The translations under genes and the position numbers were made by a program. The notes beneath the pieces are model-generated. The model did not search any database, was not told the DNA's origin, and saw only the letters and a list, made by a program, of their open reading frames with translations. A DNA stretch of 64,000 nucleotides from a virus (taxonomy: Duplodnaviria; Heunggongvirae; Uroviricota; Caudoviricetes), in the IMG/VR virus record IMGVR_UViG_3300043427_004512, one strand, 5' to 3'. How positions within the stretch are numbered: position 1 is the stretch's first letter; each line of letters opens with the position of its first letter. This document shows, in pieces, positions 36,258 through 45,726 of this stretch.

Positions 36258-36330
36258 TTGCGTGAGTAAGAATCGAACTTACGACCTAAAGGTTATGAGC
36301 CTTCCGAGCTACCGCTGCTCTATCACGCGA
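36258..36330 (-). tRNA. tRNA-Met (CAT), initiator-like
   Basis: minus-strand sequence CGCGTGATAGAGCAGCGGTAGCTCGGAAGGCTCATAACCTTTAGGTCGTAAGTTCGATTCTTACTCACGCAA has a cloverleaf; C1:A72 mismatch; close similarity to bacterial tRNA-fMet; CCA not encoded. Confidence 0.75.
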
Positions 36331-36646
36331 TGTAAAATTAAATTCTACCCATTCCCCGTCGTCACCATCCAAGTCATGCTCTGGTTGTACATGGGTAGAA
36401 TCAATATGTTAAAGAACTTTATTCGATTAAAAAGTCCCACAAATCTACGATACTTTTCTCAAACTACCAAATTCGTGGGACTAAGGGGTGAGATGTTTGA
36501 CCATCTCATTTGTTTCACAAAGTTAAGAAGAATTTCTCAATTCGTCAAATTTTTCTTGTAAAACTTTTTTTGTGGGGTGTCCACCTTTTTACAGGTGTGG
36601 ATTAATAAATATAATAAAAAAATTGAAAAGTCAACTATTTGTTGAA

Positions 36647-36880
36647 TTATGCTGTCAAGTTCAAGATAGTTTTACTAGTATATAAATCAATAACAGCATT
36701 AGTCCATCCTACAGATTTATAGATATTTTCTACCTCTGTCGCAACTGATTGATTCATTGGATAAATAATGAGAATACTATATTGGTCCAATCCTAAAGAC
36801 ATAGTTCCTAAAACTCTATCGAAGGCATCCACATATTCATTAGCAGATACTGGATTCATTTGTGTGGGTGTGAGCGCCAT
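36647..36880 (-). CDS. hypothetical protein
   Basis: 77 aa ORF. Confidence 0.35.
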   Translation of the reverse strand: MALTPTQMNPVSANEYVDAFDRVLGTMSLGLDQYSILIIYPMNQSVATEVENIYKSVGWTNAVIDLYTSKTILNLTA

Positions 36881-37299
36881 TAGTTAAGAATTGTTTCAAG
36901 AAGTTTATATAAATAAGTACCAGTTTTTCCTATTTCTATTTGTGGTAAAGTAAAATATTTCCAGTCAGAATGTTCATCTCCATCAATTGCATTTTCAAAA
37001 TCAGGTTCCAACTCTTTATCACATTCATGAAGATAAACGTACATAAGACCTTTAACTTTTTTTCCATCACGAGTATGCCTTGGGACTAATCCAACAAATT
37101 TTAATTCGACATCAGACAAATCTATATTTGTTTCTTCGAAGAATTCTCTTTTTGCACCCTCAATTGTAGATTCCTCGTCTTCCAACTTTCCGGCGGGTAT
37201 TGACCACATTCCGGGAAAACTTCCTTCATGATTTCTTTTACATAGTAAAACCTTATTATTACATTTTACTGCTACTCCAACATATCTTTTCTTTTCCAT
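36880..37299 (-). CDS. Nudix hydrolase
   Basis: Nudix box GKLEDEESTIEGAKREFFEETNI. Confidence 0.8.
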   Translation of the reverse strand: MEKKRYVGVAVKCNNKVLLCKRNHEGSFPGMWSIPAGKLEDEESTIEGAKREFFEETNIDLSDVELKFVGLVPRHTRDGKKVKGLMYVYLHECDKELEPDFENAIDGDEHSDWKYFTLPQIEIGKTGTYLYKLLETILN

Positions 37300-37313
37300 T
37301 TGTATTTATAATT

Positions 37314-37676
37314 ATGTTGATAAAAATTAATCAAAAAGAATTTCAAGTCAAAGTTTTAGTTGATAAAAAGTCTCAAGAAATCGGTATGAAAAAAAATAAA
37401 TTTTCTTCACCGAACGAAGGATTACTTTTTTTAATGGGTGGAAACCGTCAGTGTTTTTGGATGAAAGATTGTATAGTTCCGTTAGATATTATAATAATTG
37501 AAAATAATACTATAAAGAAAATACATCACAATTGTCCTCCTTGTGATAATGAAAATTGTCAATCATATTGTGGTAATGGAAATATAGTTTTGGAACTAAT
37601 GGGAAATTCCTGTAAAAAACACAATATAGAAGAAGGGGATTCTGTGGAATATGTTTTAAAATCAAAAAAGTCCTAA
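37314..37676 (+). CDS. DUF192-like protein
   Basis: LDIIIIENNTIKKIH...NIVLELMGNSCKK resembles COG1430/DUF192; start moved to the ATG at 37314. Confidence 0.45.
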   Translation: MLIKINQKEFQVKVLVDKKSQEIGMKKNKFSSPNEGLLFLMGGNRQCFWMKDCIVPLDIIIIENNTIKKIHHNCPPCDNENCQSYCGNGNIVLELMGNSCKKHNIEEGDSVEYVLKSKKS

Positions 37677-38012
37677 AAATTTACTTTCAAACTTATCAAG
37701 ACCGTCTTCTCTCATTTTAGTAAACGTTTCACGCCCTAAAATACCATCAGGATATATTCTTTTTTCTGATTGATATTTTTTAATTGCCGCCTCAGTTTTA
37801 GAGTTAGGTCCGGTCTTTCCATCAACTTTTAATGGAACGAATGTTTTGTCTTTCTTATATCTGTTGTTTAAAAATTTTTGAACCGAAGTGACTGTTTCAT
37901 ATTCTTCTTCGTCGTGTTGTTCTGTAATCACTCTCTTAATAATCATTCTCAAATCAGACTCTGTAAGTCTTATAACTTTCGGTTCCACTGAAAATTTATC
38001 TTTATTTTTCAT
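37662..38012 (-). CDS. leader-A protein (..KVIRLTESDLRMIIKRVITEQ) with C-terminal peptidoglycan-binding domain
   Basis: AIKKYQSEKRIYPDGILGRETFTKM is a PG_binding_1 motif; 12-aa N-extension before the leader; possible GTG start. Confidence 0.55.
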   Translation of the reverse strand: MKNKDKFSVEPKVIRLTESDLRMIIKRVITEQHDEEEYETVTSVQKFLNNRYKKDKTFVPLKVDGKTGPNSKTEAAIKKYQSEKRIYPDGILGRETFTKMREDGLDKFESKFLGLF

Positions 38013-38013
38013 T

Positions 38014-38385
38014 TTAGTATTTTAATGTCAATAAGTATTTTGATTTATTTATCAGACCTAACATTTCATCTCTAAGGTTAAGTAAATCGGTGTCGTATCT
38101 AGAATCTAAATGGTCAGATAATCCTACCAAGAATTCAGTGATTCCATCCATAAAGTTTTGCATTGTCAGGTTTTTGATGTCTTGAAACATCATACCAAAT
38201 TCTGCTTGAAACTCAGGTCTACCTTGTTTTCCCATCATGGTCTCTGTAAATTCATCGATAAGGTCACCTAATTTATCGTATATATCTCCATACAATCTAT
38301 GTTTAGAATCTCCTGTAGTTTGCCAATGTAAAAATTTAAATTGTGTTTGTATTTGGACCAACTTTATAATAATTTCCTCTTTCAT
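38014..38385 (-). CDS. hypothetical protein
   Basis: start moved to the Met downstream of the terminator hairpin. Confidence 0.4.
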   Translation of the reverse strand: MKEEIIIKLVQIQTQFKFLHWQTTGDSKHRLYGDIYDKLGDLIDEFTETMMGKQGRPEFQAEFGMMFQDIKNLTMQNFMDGITEFLVGLSDHLDSRYDTDLLNLRDEMLGLINKSKYLLTLKY

Positions 38386-38420
38386 TAGAAAAACATTTAT
38401 TATAAATACTACAGTAATAA

Positions 38421-38445
38421 AAAAAGGGTCAGAGACCCTTTTCAA
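38421..38445 (-). terminator. hairpin AAGGGTC-aga-GACCCTT with T7 on the minus strand, overlapping the MTase stop codon
   Basis: read from the sequence. Confidence 0.5.
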
Positions 38446-39295
38446 ATTCTAATTTTGTTTGTTTCATTTTATCCTCAAAGGATTTAACCCTTTTGTTTGC
38501 AACCTTTAAATATTCTTCACTCAATTCTATTCCAATCCATCTTCTATCATTAATTACCGCACTCACCAAACTAGTTCCGCTACCAGCGAAAGGGTCAAGA
38601 ACAATATCGTTTTTATATGTGAGTATTTTGATTGCTTTATTAGGTATATCCATAGAAAAAGTTGCTTTAGTCAAAGATTTAGTATCTGCAAAATATTCCC
38701 ATTGACCGAAAACTAAATCCATAAATTCTTTTTTCTGTTCTTCAGTATAAATTATTTTTTTCTTCGATACTCCTTCTTCATTTTCTACCATAGTTTCAAC
38801 ACCAACCCACTCTGGCTCACCTTTTATCTTCTTAATGTGGAATTTTTTATAAGCAAGTATTATACATTCTTTGGGGTTATAAATGTATGGTGAGGATGGC
38901 GACATCCAAGAACCCCAAGCAGTGGTCTTACTCCTATGTGGGGAATTCTCTTCCAAATCTACCACACCAAAAAATTTGAATCCTACCTCTTGCATTATTT
39001 TCCATAATTCAGCAACCATGAAAATTCTTCCTCCCTTAGCCTGTCTGTTAATTTCATATGGAATGTTTATTGCAATTCTTCCATCATCTTTTAATACTCT
39101 GAATGCCTGCTCAATCCACTCTTTGGAAAATTTCTTATACTCCTCGAAATGAACATCATCATCATGAACATCATAGTCAATTCCAACACCATAAGGAGGG
39201 GAGGTGACGATTAAGTCAACTGAATTTTCAGGTATTTCGGACATGACCTGTCTACAATCACCCAAGTGAATTTTGTTTATATAATTTTCAATCAT
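38429..39295 (-). CDS. DNA methyltransferase, beta-class N4C/N6A (SPPY then FAGSGTS)
   Basis: DLIVTSPPYGVGIDYD then LDPFAGSGTSLVSAV. Confidence 0.7.
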   Translation of the reverse strand: MIENYINKIHLGDCRQVMSEIPENSVDLIVTSPPYGVGIDYDVHDDDVHFEEYKKFSKEWIEQAFRVLKDDGRIAINIPYEINRQAKGGRIFMVAELWKIMQEVGFKFFGVVDLEENSPHRSKTTAWGSWMSPSSPYIYNPKECIILAYKKFHIKKIKGEPEWVGVETMVENEEGVSKKKIIYTEEQKKEFMDLVFGQWEYFADTKSLTKATFSMDIPNKAIKILTYKNDIVLDPFAGSGTSLVSAVINDRRWIGIELSEEYLKVANKRVKSFEDKMKQTKLEFEKGL

Positions 39296-39576
39296 TTTAG
39301 TTTTTTTATTTCGATTTCTGTTGTATCAAACAGAATTATAGAGCTAATTTCTGGAACAATCAAAGTTCTAATCTTTTCTTCATTGAGTTTTCTCCAAAAT
39401 CTTTCTTTTAACTTTTTTTCTACTTCTTCAGGATTTGTTATTGAATCGGGAATTAACAATAGAACGTTTTCATTATTTTCCAATATTTCGTTCACTTGGG
39501 AATTTAAATCAATTAAAGACACATTTTCTTCAACAAGAATATACTTGTATTTCTTTTTAGGAAGTATTGGGCTCAT
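39292..39576 (-). CDS. hypothetical protein
   Basis: 94 aa ORF. Confidence 0.4.
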   Translation of the reverse strand: MSPILPKKKYKYILVEENVSLIDLNSQVNEILENNENVLLLIPDSITNPEEVEKKLKERFWRKLNEEKIRTLIVPEISSIILFDTTEIEIKKLK

Positions 39577-40037
39577 TTTTCAAGATTTTTAATTTTTCTT
39601 TCCAAATAAAATTTGGCCTTTTTCAAATCTTCAATTTCTTTTTTAATGTCTTTTTTTCCTGCCCTTGCAATATATTTTACAACGTTGAATAGGTAGGCGT
39701 CCTTATCTAAATCCCAAGCTTCACAAACCTTTATGACTTCATATGGATTATTCTCTCCTCCGTAATAGTTGGGGTGATTAACTGCGTGTTTGTGAATTAA
39801 ATATCTAACATTAGTGGTGACATAGTTTTCTGTAATATCATTCATATGAACTTCATATTCTACTTTCAAACCTAAGCCATCATTATTAAAGAAATCAAAA
39901 TGTTGATTACAAAACTTTTCTTCTTCGGGAATAAGTTCTATCGCTTCAGTCCATCTTCCACCATACATGACGGTATACACTAACCATTTAGGTGGAGTAA
40001 GAAGTGTGTTGTCGAATTTTAATAATCCTTCAGGCAT
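39573..40037 (-). CDS. DUF3310-family phage protein
   Basis: YEVIKVCEAWDLDKDAYLFNVVKYIARAGKKD...DLKKAKFYLERKI matches the DUF3310 consensus. Confidence 0.55.
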   Translation of the reverse strand: MPEGLLKFDNTLLTPPKWLVYTVMYGGRWTEAIELIPEEEKFCNQHFDFFNNDGLGLKVEYEVHMNDITENYVTTNVRYLIHKHAVNHPNYYGGENNPYEVIKVCEAWDLDKDAYLFNVVKYIARAGKKDIKKEIEDLKKAKFYLERKIKNLEK

Positions 40038-40185
40038 AATATCATTATTTAGAATTGTTATTCCATTTATTATTCATGTATTCGTGGTACTTATGTCGTT
40101 TATTCCCATTATACAGCATGTAAGCAATATAATAATCGAATAACCACTCAATTTTTTTTAATATTTTTTTCATAAATTAAGAATT

Positions 40186-40380
40186 TTATTTATTCTTAAC
40201 TTTTTTTTGACTTGGTTCAGAGTCAGTACTATCTTGAATTTTGTTCAAGTTTTTCCATTCTGATTTAGAAATGTACATCCAACTATTTCCTACCATGTTG
40301 AATGCAGTTTTATCATCTACTCTTCTAATTTCACCTAATTGAACGTCTTTGGTTGCACGAGTGGCTTTAATTGTCTTCAT
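40186..40380 (-). CDS. hypothetical protein
   Basis: 64 aa. Confidence 0.3.
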   Translation of the reverse strand: MKTIKATRATKDVQLGEIRRVDDKTAFNMVGNSWMYISKSEWKNLNKIQDSTDSEPSQKKVKNK

Positions 40381-40567
40381 ACTTTTCGTTTTTGATTATT
40401 TCTAATATTTCGTTTTCTTTTTTTCCTGATTTGTATAGGTCAAATATTTTTGAACTTTTATTATCCATAAAAATAAGAGATTCTGAACTATACAAAATAG
40501 ATAGTTTTTCTTCCTTAAGATAAGAATCACTGACTTCTGAATTAATTATTCTTCTATGAAAACCCAT
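40367..40567 (-). CDS. hypothetical protein
   Basis: 66 aa. Confidence 0.3.
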   Translation of the reverse strand: MGFHRRIINSEVSDSYLKEEKLSILYSSESLIFMDNKSSKIFDLYKSGKKENEILEIIKNEKYEDN

Positions 40568-40585
40568 AAATCAAAAATAACTAAT

Positions 40586-41365
40586 TTATTTTAATTCGTC
40601 AAAATTTTGGAGTTTTTTGAAATTAACAATTTGGAAAATGTATGCAGTAATTTTTCTCCTTATCATTGGTACTAAAGTTTCATTCAAAGGAAACTTTTGA
40701 CTGGTTTTGACTTCAAACACTGGCAAAAATTTGAAACCGTCATTATCTTTCCATGTTGTATAATCAGAAATGATTGACGTTAAAGTTTTTTCTTTGTGTT
40801 CTCCTTCATAAATCAGATTGAGATAGTTTTTGTTTGTTTGATTCTTTTTACCTTGTTTTTTGATGTTATATTCCCAAATGTAGACTTTACTAATTTCTTT
40901 ATCGAAAAAAACAACAAATCCTGTACCAGATTCTATGTTTTCCTTATTTTTTTTGAGACTAATTGAAATATTATCATATGCAATATTCCAAATTGATTTT
41001 CCGATATTAAATGTGTCGAAAACTCTTGGTGCGGAAAACTTTAAAGTTTTAGTAAGTTCTTCTTGTCCTTCTTCATCTAGAGTTGGAGGTTTTTTCGTTG
41101 TAAGTTCTTTTAGTAAAATCTCATCATCACAATCTTCGAATTTTTTATCGGTTGAGAATATTGTATTTTCTTTGATTAAAGATTGTAAATTTGCTAAATG
41201 CAAAGATAATTCAACAAAATCAGGATATATTTCTAATTTATCAAACCTGTTTTCACATTTTTGTAAATAATCAAGCAAAGTATACTTGTTATATTCAAAA
41301 TCAATCGGTTCCTTGAACATCCACTCAGGATTCAATCTAAAGGATATTTTTTTCTTTCTCGGCAT
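40586..41365 (-). CDS. hypothetical protein
   Basis: 259 aa. Confidence 0.45.
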   Translation of the reverse strand: MPRKKKISFRLNPEWMFKEPIDFEYNKYTLLDYLQKCENRFDKLEIYPDFVELSLHLANLQSLIKENTIFSTDKKFEDCDDEILLKELTTKKPPTLDEEGQEELTKTLKFSAPRVFDTFNIGKSIWNIAYDNISISLKKNKENIESGTGFVVFFDKEISKVYIWEYNIKKQGKKNQTNKNYLNLIYEGEHKEKTLTSIISDYTTWKDNDGFKFLPVFEVKTSQKFPLNETLVPMIRRKITAYIFQIVNFKKLQNFDELK

Positions 41366-41401
41366 ATAAAAATATAGATACTTTTTCTAATCTACTGAAG
41401 T

Positions 41402-43183
41402 CTATTCTATCCTCATTACATAAAAAATCTCACCATTAACTTCTTGTGTGTCATAATTACCGTCGTAGGAATTTACTATTCCATAACCATCACTATTAAT
41501 CAATCCCTTTATAAAATCATCCCTGTTAATAAATTCTGTCACCTCCATACCAAAATCTTTCACGTAAGAAATTGGACTATCTCTAACATTATCCAATAAC
41601 TCTTCCAATTTTTCTTCGATTAAATCATCAGGAAAATCTCCTTCAGGACTTTCTGTAATCTCGTCTATTTCAATGTTCAAATCTTCAATTTCGGACTCAG
41701 CTTCCTCTATTTTTTCCTGAAACTCCTGTATCTCATCTTCATTTTCAATAGTATCTATAAATTCGTTAATCCTTTCAATTTCGTTCTTATATTGTTCTAT
41801 TTTATTTTTTAATATTTCAACTTCAGACATTTGACTTCTCGATAATTTTCTTTGGGAGTCTTCGAAATAATTTTCAGGTTCACTATACAAATCTTCGTTA
41901 TAAAAATCTCTGAAATGGTCAACCACCAATTCTTCATCGACATGGTCTTCAACAAAACTTTTATTGAAACTTTCGTAACCTATATCATCTATCAGTCCGT
42001 CACAATATTCTCTTGCAGATTTTTCCATTTCATCTTCATCACCCACAGCATATCTTACGTCTTCAGTATCACCTAAGACTTTGAACGTTGTCATGTCGAA
42101 GAAATTTCCCTCGGGAATTAAATAATAAACGTCTATATATTCTTCATCGAAAGTTTCCAACTCATCTTCATACTCCTCAATCATGTCTAGCAAGTCAACT
42201 CTTGTATCCTCACTTTCATTATATTCGTTATTTAATCTTTCTATTTCCGATTTCAAAAAATTGATTCTTTCTATCTGTTCTTCACCAAATTTCTTATATT
42301 GGTCATCATCTACCAAATGATTTAACAGAGCATTTGCCTCTAAACCTTCTTCGTCTATATTAGGATTACTCAAATCCCACTCCCTATTTACCCTTCTTTC
42401 TTCCGCTTCAGCTTTTTGTAGTTCGTAAATCCTTTGTTGTCTCAATTTTGCCAACCTTTCTCTTTCTGTTCTAGCCCTTTCTTTATCTTTGAAAATTTCA
42501 AGTTGTTGTTTGAATTCTGTCTGAAGATAATCGTCCATTTCAGAAATTAGTTTTTGTGCAATTGGGCTATGCTTTATATACCATTCAACAGACAATTTTT
42601 CGTCTTTAGCATTCCAAAATGATTTATCGCCATCAAACTTATACAAAAGTGCTATTTTATAATTTACATCATTTGTTGGAAGTTTTTTGTCTATAATATA
42701 GAATAATTTACCATCAACGTTGTATTGATTGAAGTGGTGGTCGCTGTCTGCGGCTGTACACCATTTGGTTCCTCTACCATAATAACATGAAGAACCATGA
42801 GTTAATGGATTTACAATATAATACCTATCATCTTCATAAACTAAATTACCACCCTCAACTTGTTTATATTCTCTACGAGGTCTATTTTCATACTTTGTTA
42901 ATTCAGATTCAAGCTCTTCTAAACTCTGATATTGATTTATATCTGGTTTAGGTAAATTACTCGATATTTTTTCAAATTTTTTGATACTGTCAACTAATTT
43001 CATTAGAAATTGGTCAAACCCTTTGTCAATTAGAGAATAGTCAACAATTTTCCCCACCCACTCTAAAAATTTTGGTGGAATTAATTTAATAATTCTGTTT
43101 ATAGTATTCTCATCGAACTTCTTGGAATATTTTTCTTTGAATCTCTCCGCCCTATCTTCCTTTAATATCTGCAAAAATTTCAT
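41402..43183 (-). CDS. large acidic coiled-coil protein with a GxGTxWCT domain shared with 48001..49368
   Basis: HGSSCYYGRGTKWCTAADS aligns with GGWHMESGKGETNWCTSSAG. Confidence 0.5.
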   Translation of the reverse strand: MKFLQILKEDRAERFKEKYSKKFDENTINRIIKLIPPKFLEWVGKIVDYSLIDKGFDQFLMKLVDSIKKFEKISSNLPKPDINQYQSLEELESELTKYENRPRREYKQVEGGNLVYEDDRYYIVNPLTHGSSCYYGRGTKWCTAADSDHHFNQYNVDGKLFYIIDKKLPTNDVNYKIALLYKFDGDKSFWNAKDEKLSVEWYIKHSPIAQKLISEMDDYLQTEFKQQLEIFKDKERARTERERLAKLRQQRIYELQKAEAEERRVNREWDLSNPNIDEEGLEANALLNHLVDDDQYKKFGEEQIERINFLKSEIERLNNEYNESEDTRVDLLDMIEEYEDELETFDEEYIDVYYLIPEGNFFDMTTFKVLGDTEDVRYAVGDEDEMEKSAREYCDGLIDDIGYESFNKSFVEDHVDEELVVDHFRDFYNEDLYSEPENYFEDSQRKLSRSQMSEVEILKNKIEQYKNEIERINEFIDTIENEDEIQEFQEKIEEAESEIEDLNIEIDEITESPEGDFPDDLIEEKLEELLDNVRDSPISYVKDFGMEVTEFINRDDFIKGLINSDGYGIVNSYDGNYDTQEVNGEIFYVMRIE

Positions 43184-43272
43184 TAACTTTTATTTAATAA
43201 ATATTATTTGTTTCATATAATTAAAATATTAGTATTTATAATTAAAATAAACTTTTTCTAAATTTAAAAAAA

Positions 43273-43434
43273 ATGGGTTGCGGTTGTAAAGGCAAAGGAA
43301 CTACAGCACCGGCTCCTTCTACTCAAACTTCTCAGACTACTCAAACTCAGAAAACTGCAGTAAATGAGTCAATCAAACAATCGATTAAGAAAACGATTGA
43401 GAAGTATTATCATTTGAACAAAACTTCAAGGTAG
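43273..43434 (+). CDS. small Cys-rich peptide (53 aa; MGCGCKGKGTTAPAPSTQTSQTTQTQK..)
   Basis: not in the ORF track; sole gene in a divergent AT-rich intergenic region; strong terminator follows. Confidence 0.4.
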   Translation: MGCGCKGKGTTAPAPSTQTSQTTQTQKTAVNESIKQSIKKTIEKYYHLNKTSR

Positions 43435-43458
43435 TCGGGCTGAGGAACAAAGTAAGAA

Positions 43459-43486
43459 GGGGCGTCAAAAACGTCCCTTTTTTTAT
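43459..43486 (+). terminator. rho-independent terminator (GGGGCG-tcaaaaa-CGTCCC plus T9)
   Basis: read from the sequence. Confidence 0.6.
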
Positions 43487-43496
43487 ATTTATACTT

Positions 43497-44459
43497 ATGA
43501 ATTGGAATAGACTAATTGATTCTTATAATAATGACACCCTGAATATCGAATCAATGTTCGGAGATGAAGAAACTTTCTTCAAAATTATTGGAAAAAAAGG
43601 TTTACTGAATGAATTAGACCCAGAAAAAAATGAAAATCGAATATTTTTAGCATATTTTGAATTTGACAGAAACCAATTTATTGAAAACGTATTGAATTGT
43701 TTAACAAACGTTGTTTTCGAAAATGATAAATTTTATTTTGTAACATACAACAGAGAAGACCTCGCAGAACTTTTCCGTTATGGTGGAAGAAATTACGATT
43801 TTCAAGCATTAGCAAAAAGAATGTTGTCAGAAGATTCTGACTATGATTTTTACGATTATTATCCTGAAAACATTTTTACGGAAGTTATTGAAGAGTTGAA
43901 CTCATCCAATATAAAAAAATTAGAGTCAATAATAATAAAAGAATTAGATGGAAAAATGATTGAACCCGAAACCGAATTGTTAGAAACTTTGAGTTCATCA
44001 GATGAAAATGGTGGAGGTGTTGTTGTAAACTCAGAAAATATTTCCGACATAATAAATGATGAAGAAACTATAACATATCTTTTAAACAATGAACTACAAG
44101 ATATAAAATCTAATTTAAGTCAACTCTATAATAGTGCATACAATGATGCATATCATAAAGAATTGTGGGAAGAAATGTGGAGTGAACTTCAACATTATTT
44201 CGTTGGCCAAGGTGATTGGGAACTGGAACAAAACAAAAAAAATTATTTTTTCAAAATAGAAATATCGGATTTTATGGGAGAAATATTAGATTTCTTGAGG
44301 ACTAACGCAAACTATACGAGCCCAACGTTATGTTATGAGGGAAGTTATATTTTTGTATTAAATGAAGTTAATGAAGGTTTAAAACTTTATCCTCCAGATT
44401 ATGCAAATAGTCAATTAGTCGACGAATATATCAACTCAGAATTCGACTCATTTTTATAA
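43497..44459 (+). CDS. hypothetical protein, 320 aa
   Basis: ORF track. Confidence 0.45.
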   Translation: MNWNRLIDSYNNDTLNIESMFGDEETFFKIIGKKGLLNELDPEKNENRIFLAYFEFDRNQFIENVLNCLTNVVFENDKFYFVTYNREDLAELFRYGGRNYDFQALAKRMLSEDSDYDFYDYYPENIFTEVIEELNSSNIKKLESIIIKELDGKMIEPETELLETLSSSDENGGGVVVNSENISDIINDEETITYLLNNELQDIKSNLSQLYNSAYNDAYHKELWEEMWSELQHYFVGQGDWELEQNKKNYFFKIEISDFMGEILDFLRTNANYTSPTLCYEGSYIFVLNEVNEGLKLYPPDYANSQLVDEYINSEFDSFL

Positions 44460-44511
44460 AAAACACTTCATGTTCTGAAATTTTAATTTTATTTTTTCAA
44501 AAAATTATAGT

Positions 44512-45123
44512 TTGAAAGAAAATCTTTTTTCAGAATTTATTTTGAATAAGTTCGATGTAAAATACAAAACAAGAATTCAAGTTTGTATCTGTGAAAATTT
44601 CACAATAATAAAAGGGGAAACAGAATCAGAAGATGTAATTTCCGTTAAAGACTTAACTTCTGAATTTTCTAAAGAGTATGAAGAGTTTGAAATAAAAAAT
44701 ACATTTGACCTTATAATCTATAAGGAAAAGGTCGAGTCTCTAACTAAAATTTCTTTGATTTTTTCTGAGGTTCCGAATACTGAAAATTTGAATTATTTTC
44801 AGGTCTCTTCTTTTCCTTTCGGTTGTCCTATAGAAGAAAAGGCTGTCTTCTTGTTGTTTGAAAACATTACTCAAATTATTCCATCAGTATACCCTTATAA
44901 TTGGATAAAGTTTGATGTATTAATTGACGAAAATAATCAAATTGATTTTCAGGTATTCGATGATTATATCAATAATGAAAACGACGTATTAAGGTCTGCA
45001 ATCTTAGATTCAGTCAATTTGAATTTAGAATATTACGTTGAACAATTGAAAAACCTTGAGTCGAATTTTCTATTTGAAGAGAGAAATAATATTTTTTCGC
45101 TTAAGATGTTAGAAATAATTTAA
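44512..45123 (+). CDS. hypothetical protein (apparent TTG start)
   Basis: 203 aa ORF. Confidence 0.35.
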   Translation: MKENLFSEFILNKFDVKYKTRIQVCICENFTIIKGETESEDVISVKDLTSEFSKEYEEFEIKNTFDLIIYKEKVESLTKISLIFSEVPNTENLNYFQVSSFPFGCPIEEKAVFLLFENITQIIPSVYPYNWIKFDVLIDENNQIDFQVFDDYINNENDVLRSAILDSVNLNLEYYVEQLKNLESNFLFEERNNIFSLKMLEII

Positions 45124-45413
45124 ATTATTTCCATGTGTTTTTTAACAATCTCTAATGCCTCATTCAAATCATCGTAATTTCTGTCAGGAGCATACAAAAA
45201 TGACTTTGGTGAAACTTCATTGATATTCTCAATTATCAACATCGAGGGTATTAATTCATTATCAGTTGCTTTCACAAACAAATCGTACTCATCTTTGTGT
45301 TCGTGAATATCTCTATCAACATATTCAATATTTTCATTTTTCAAAGTTTCTTTGAATTGCTCACAGAATGGACAACCTTTCATTGTATATACTATAACAG
45401 AAACGTCTTTCAT
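45120..45413 (-). CDS. glutaredoxin/NrdH-like redoxin (CPFC)
   Basis: MKGCPFCEQFKETL. Confidence 0.55.
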   Translation of the reverse strand: MKDVSVIVYTMKGCPFCEQFKETLKNENIEYVDRDIHEHKDEYDLFVKATDNELIPSMLIIENINEVSPKSFLYAPDRNYDDLNEALEIVKKHMEII

Positions 45414-45414
45414 A

Positions 45415-45723
45415 TTAATTGTTTGAAATAATGTTTAACATTTCGGATGGTTGCATAATACCAGATTTTGAAAAGTATTCTTCTCCACCCTTGAAAAATT
45501 TTATTGTTGGGACACTTCTAATTCCCATTTCATTCATAGCAAATTCTCTATCACTGTCTATATCAAATTTGTATATTTTTGTTGTAGTAATATTTTCATT
45601 AAGTTTTTGTAAGTTGTTTAACATAACTTTACAAGGTCCGCACCAAGTAGCATAAAAGTCTATAATTAAATTTTCTCCGCTTTTAATTTTTTCTACCAAT
45701 TGTTCTGATGTTAGTTGTTCCAT
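45415..45723 (-). CDS. trx: thioredoxin
   Basis: WCGPCK active site. Confidence 0.85.
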   Translation of the reverse strand: MEQLTSEQLVEKIKSGENLIIDFYATWCGPCKVMLNNLQKLNENITTTKIYKFDIDSDREFAMNEMGIRSVPTIKFFKGGEEYFSKSGIMQPSEMLNIISNN

Positions 45724-45726
45724 TAT

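Noticed and set aside
36258-36330. tRNA as a prophage attachment site
   Set aside because: No integrase or recombinase, and no duplicated tRNA 3' fragment, is visible nearby. The surrounding genes are phage-like on both sides.
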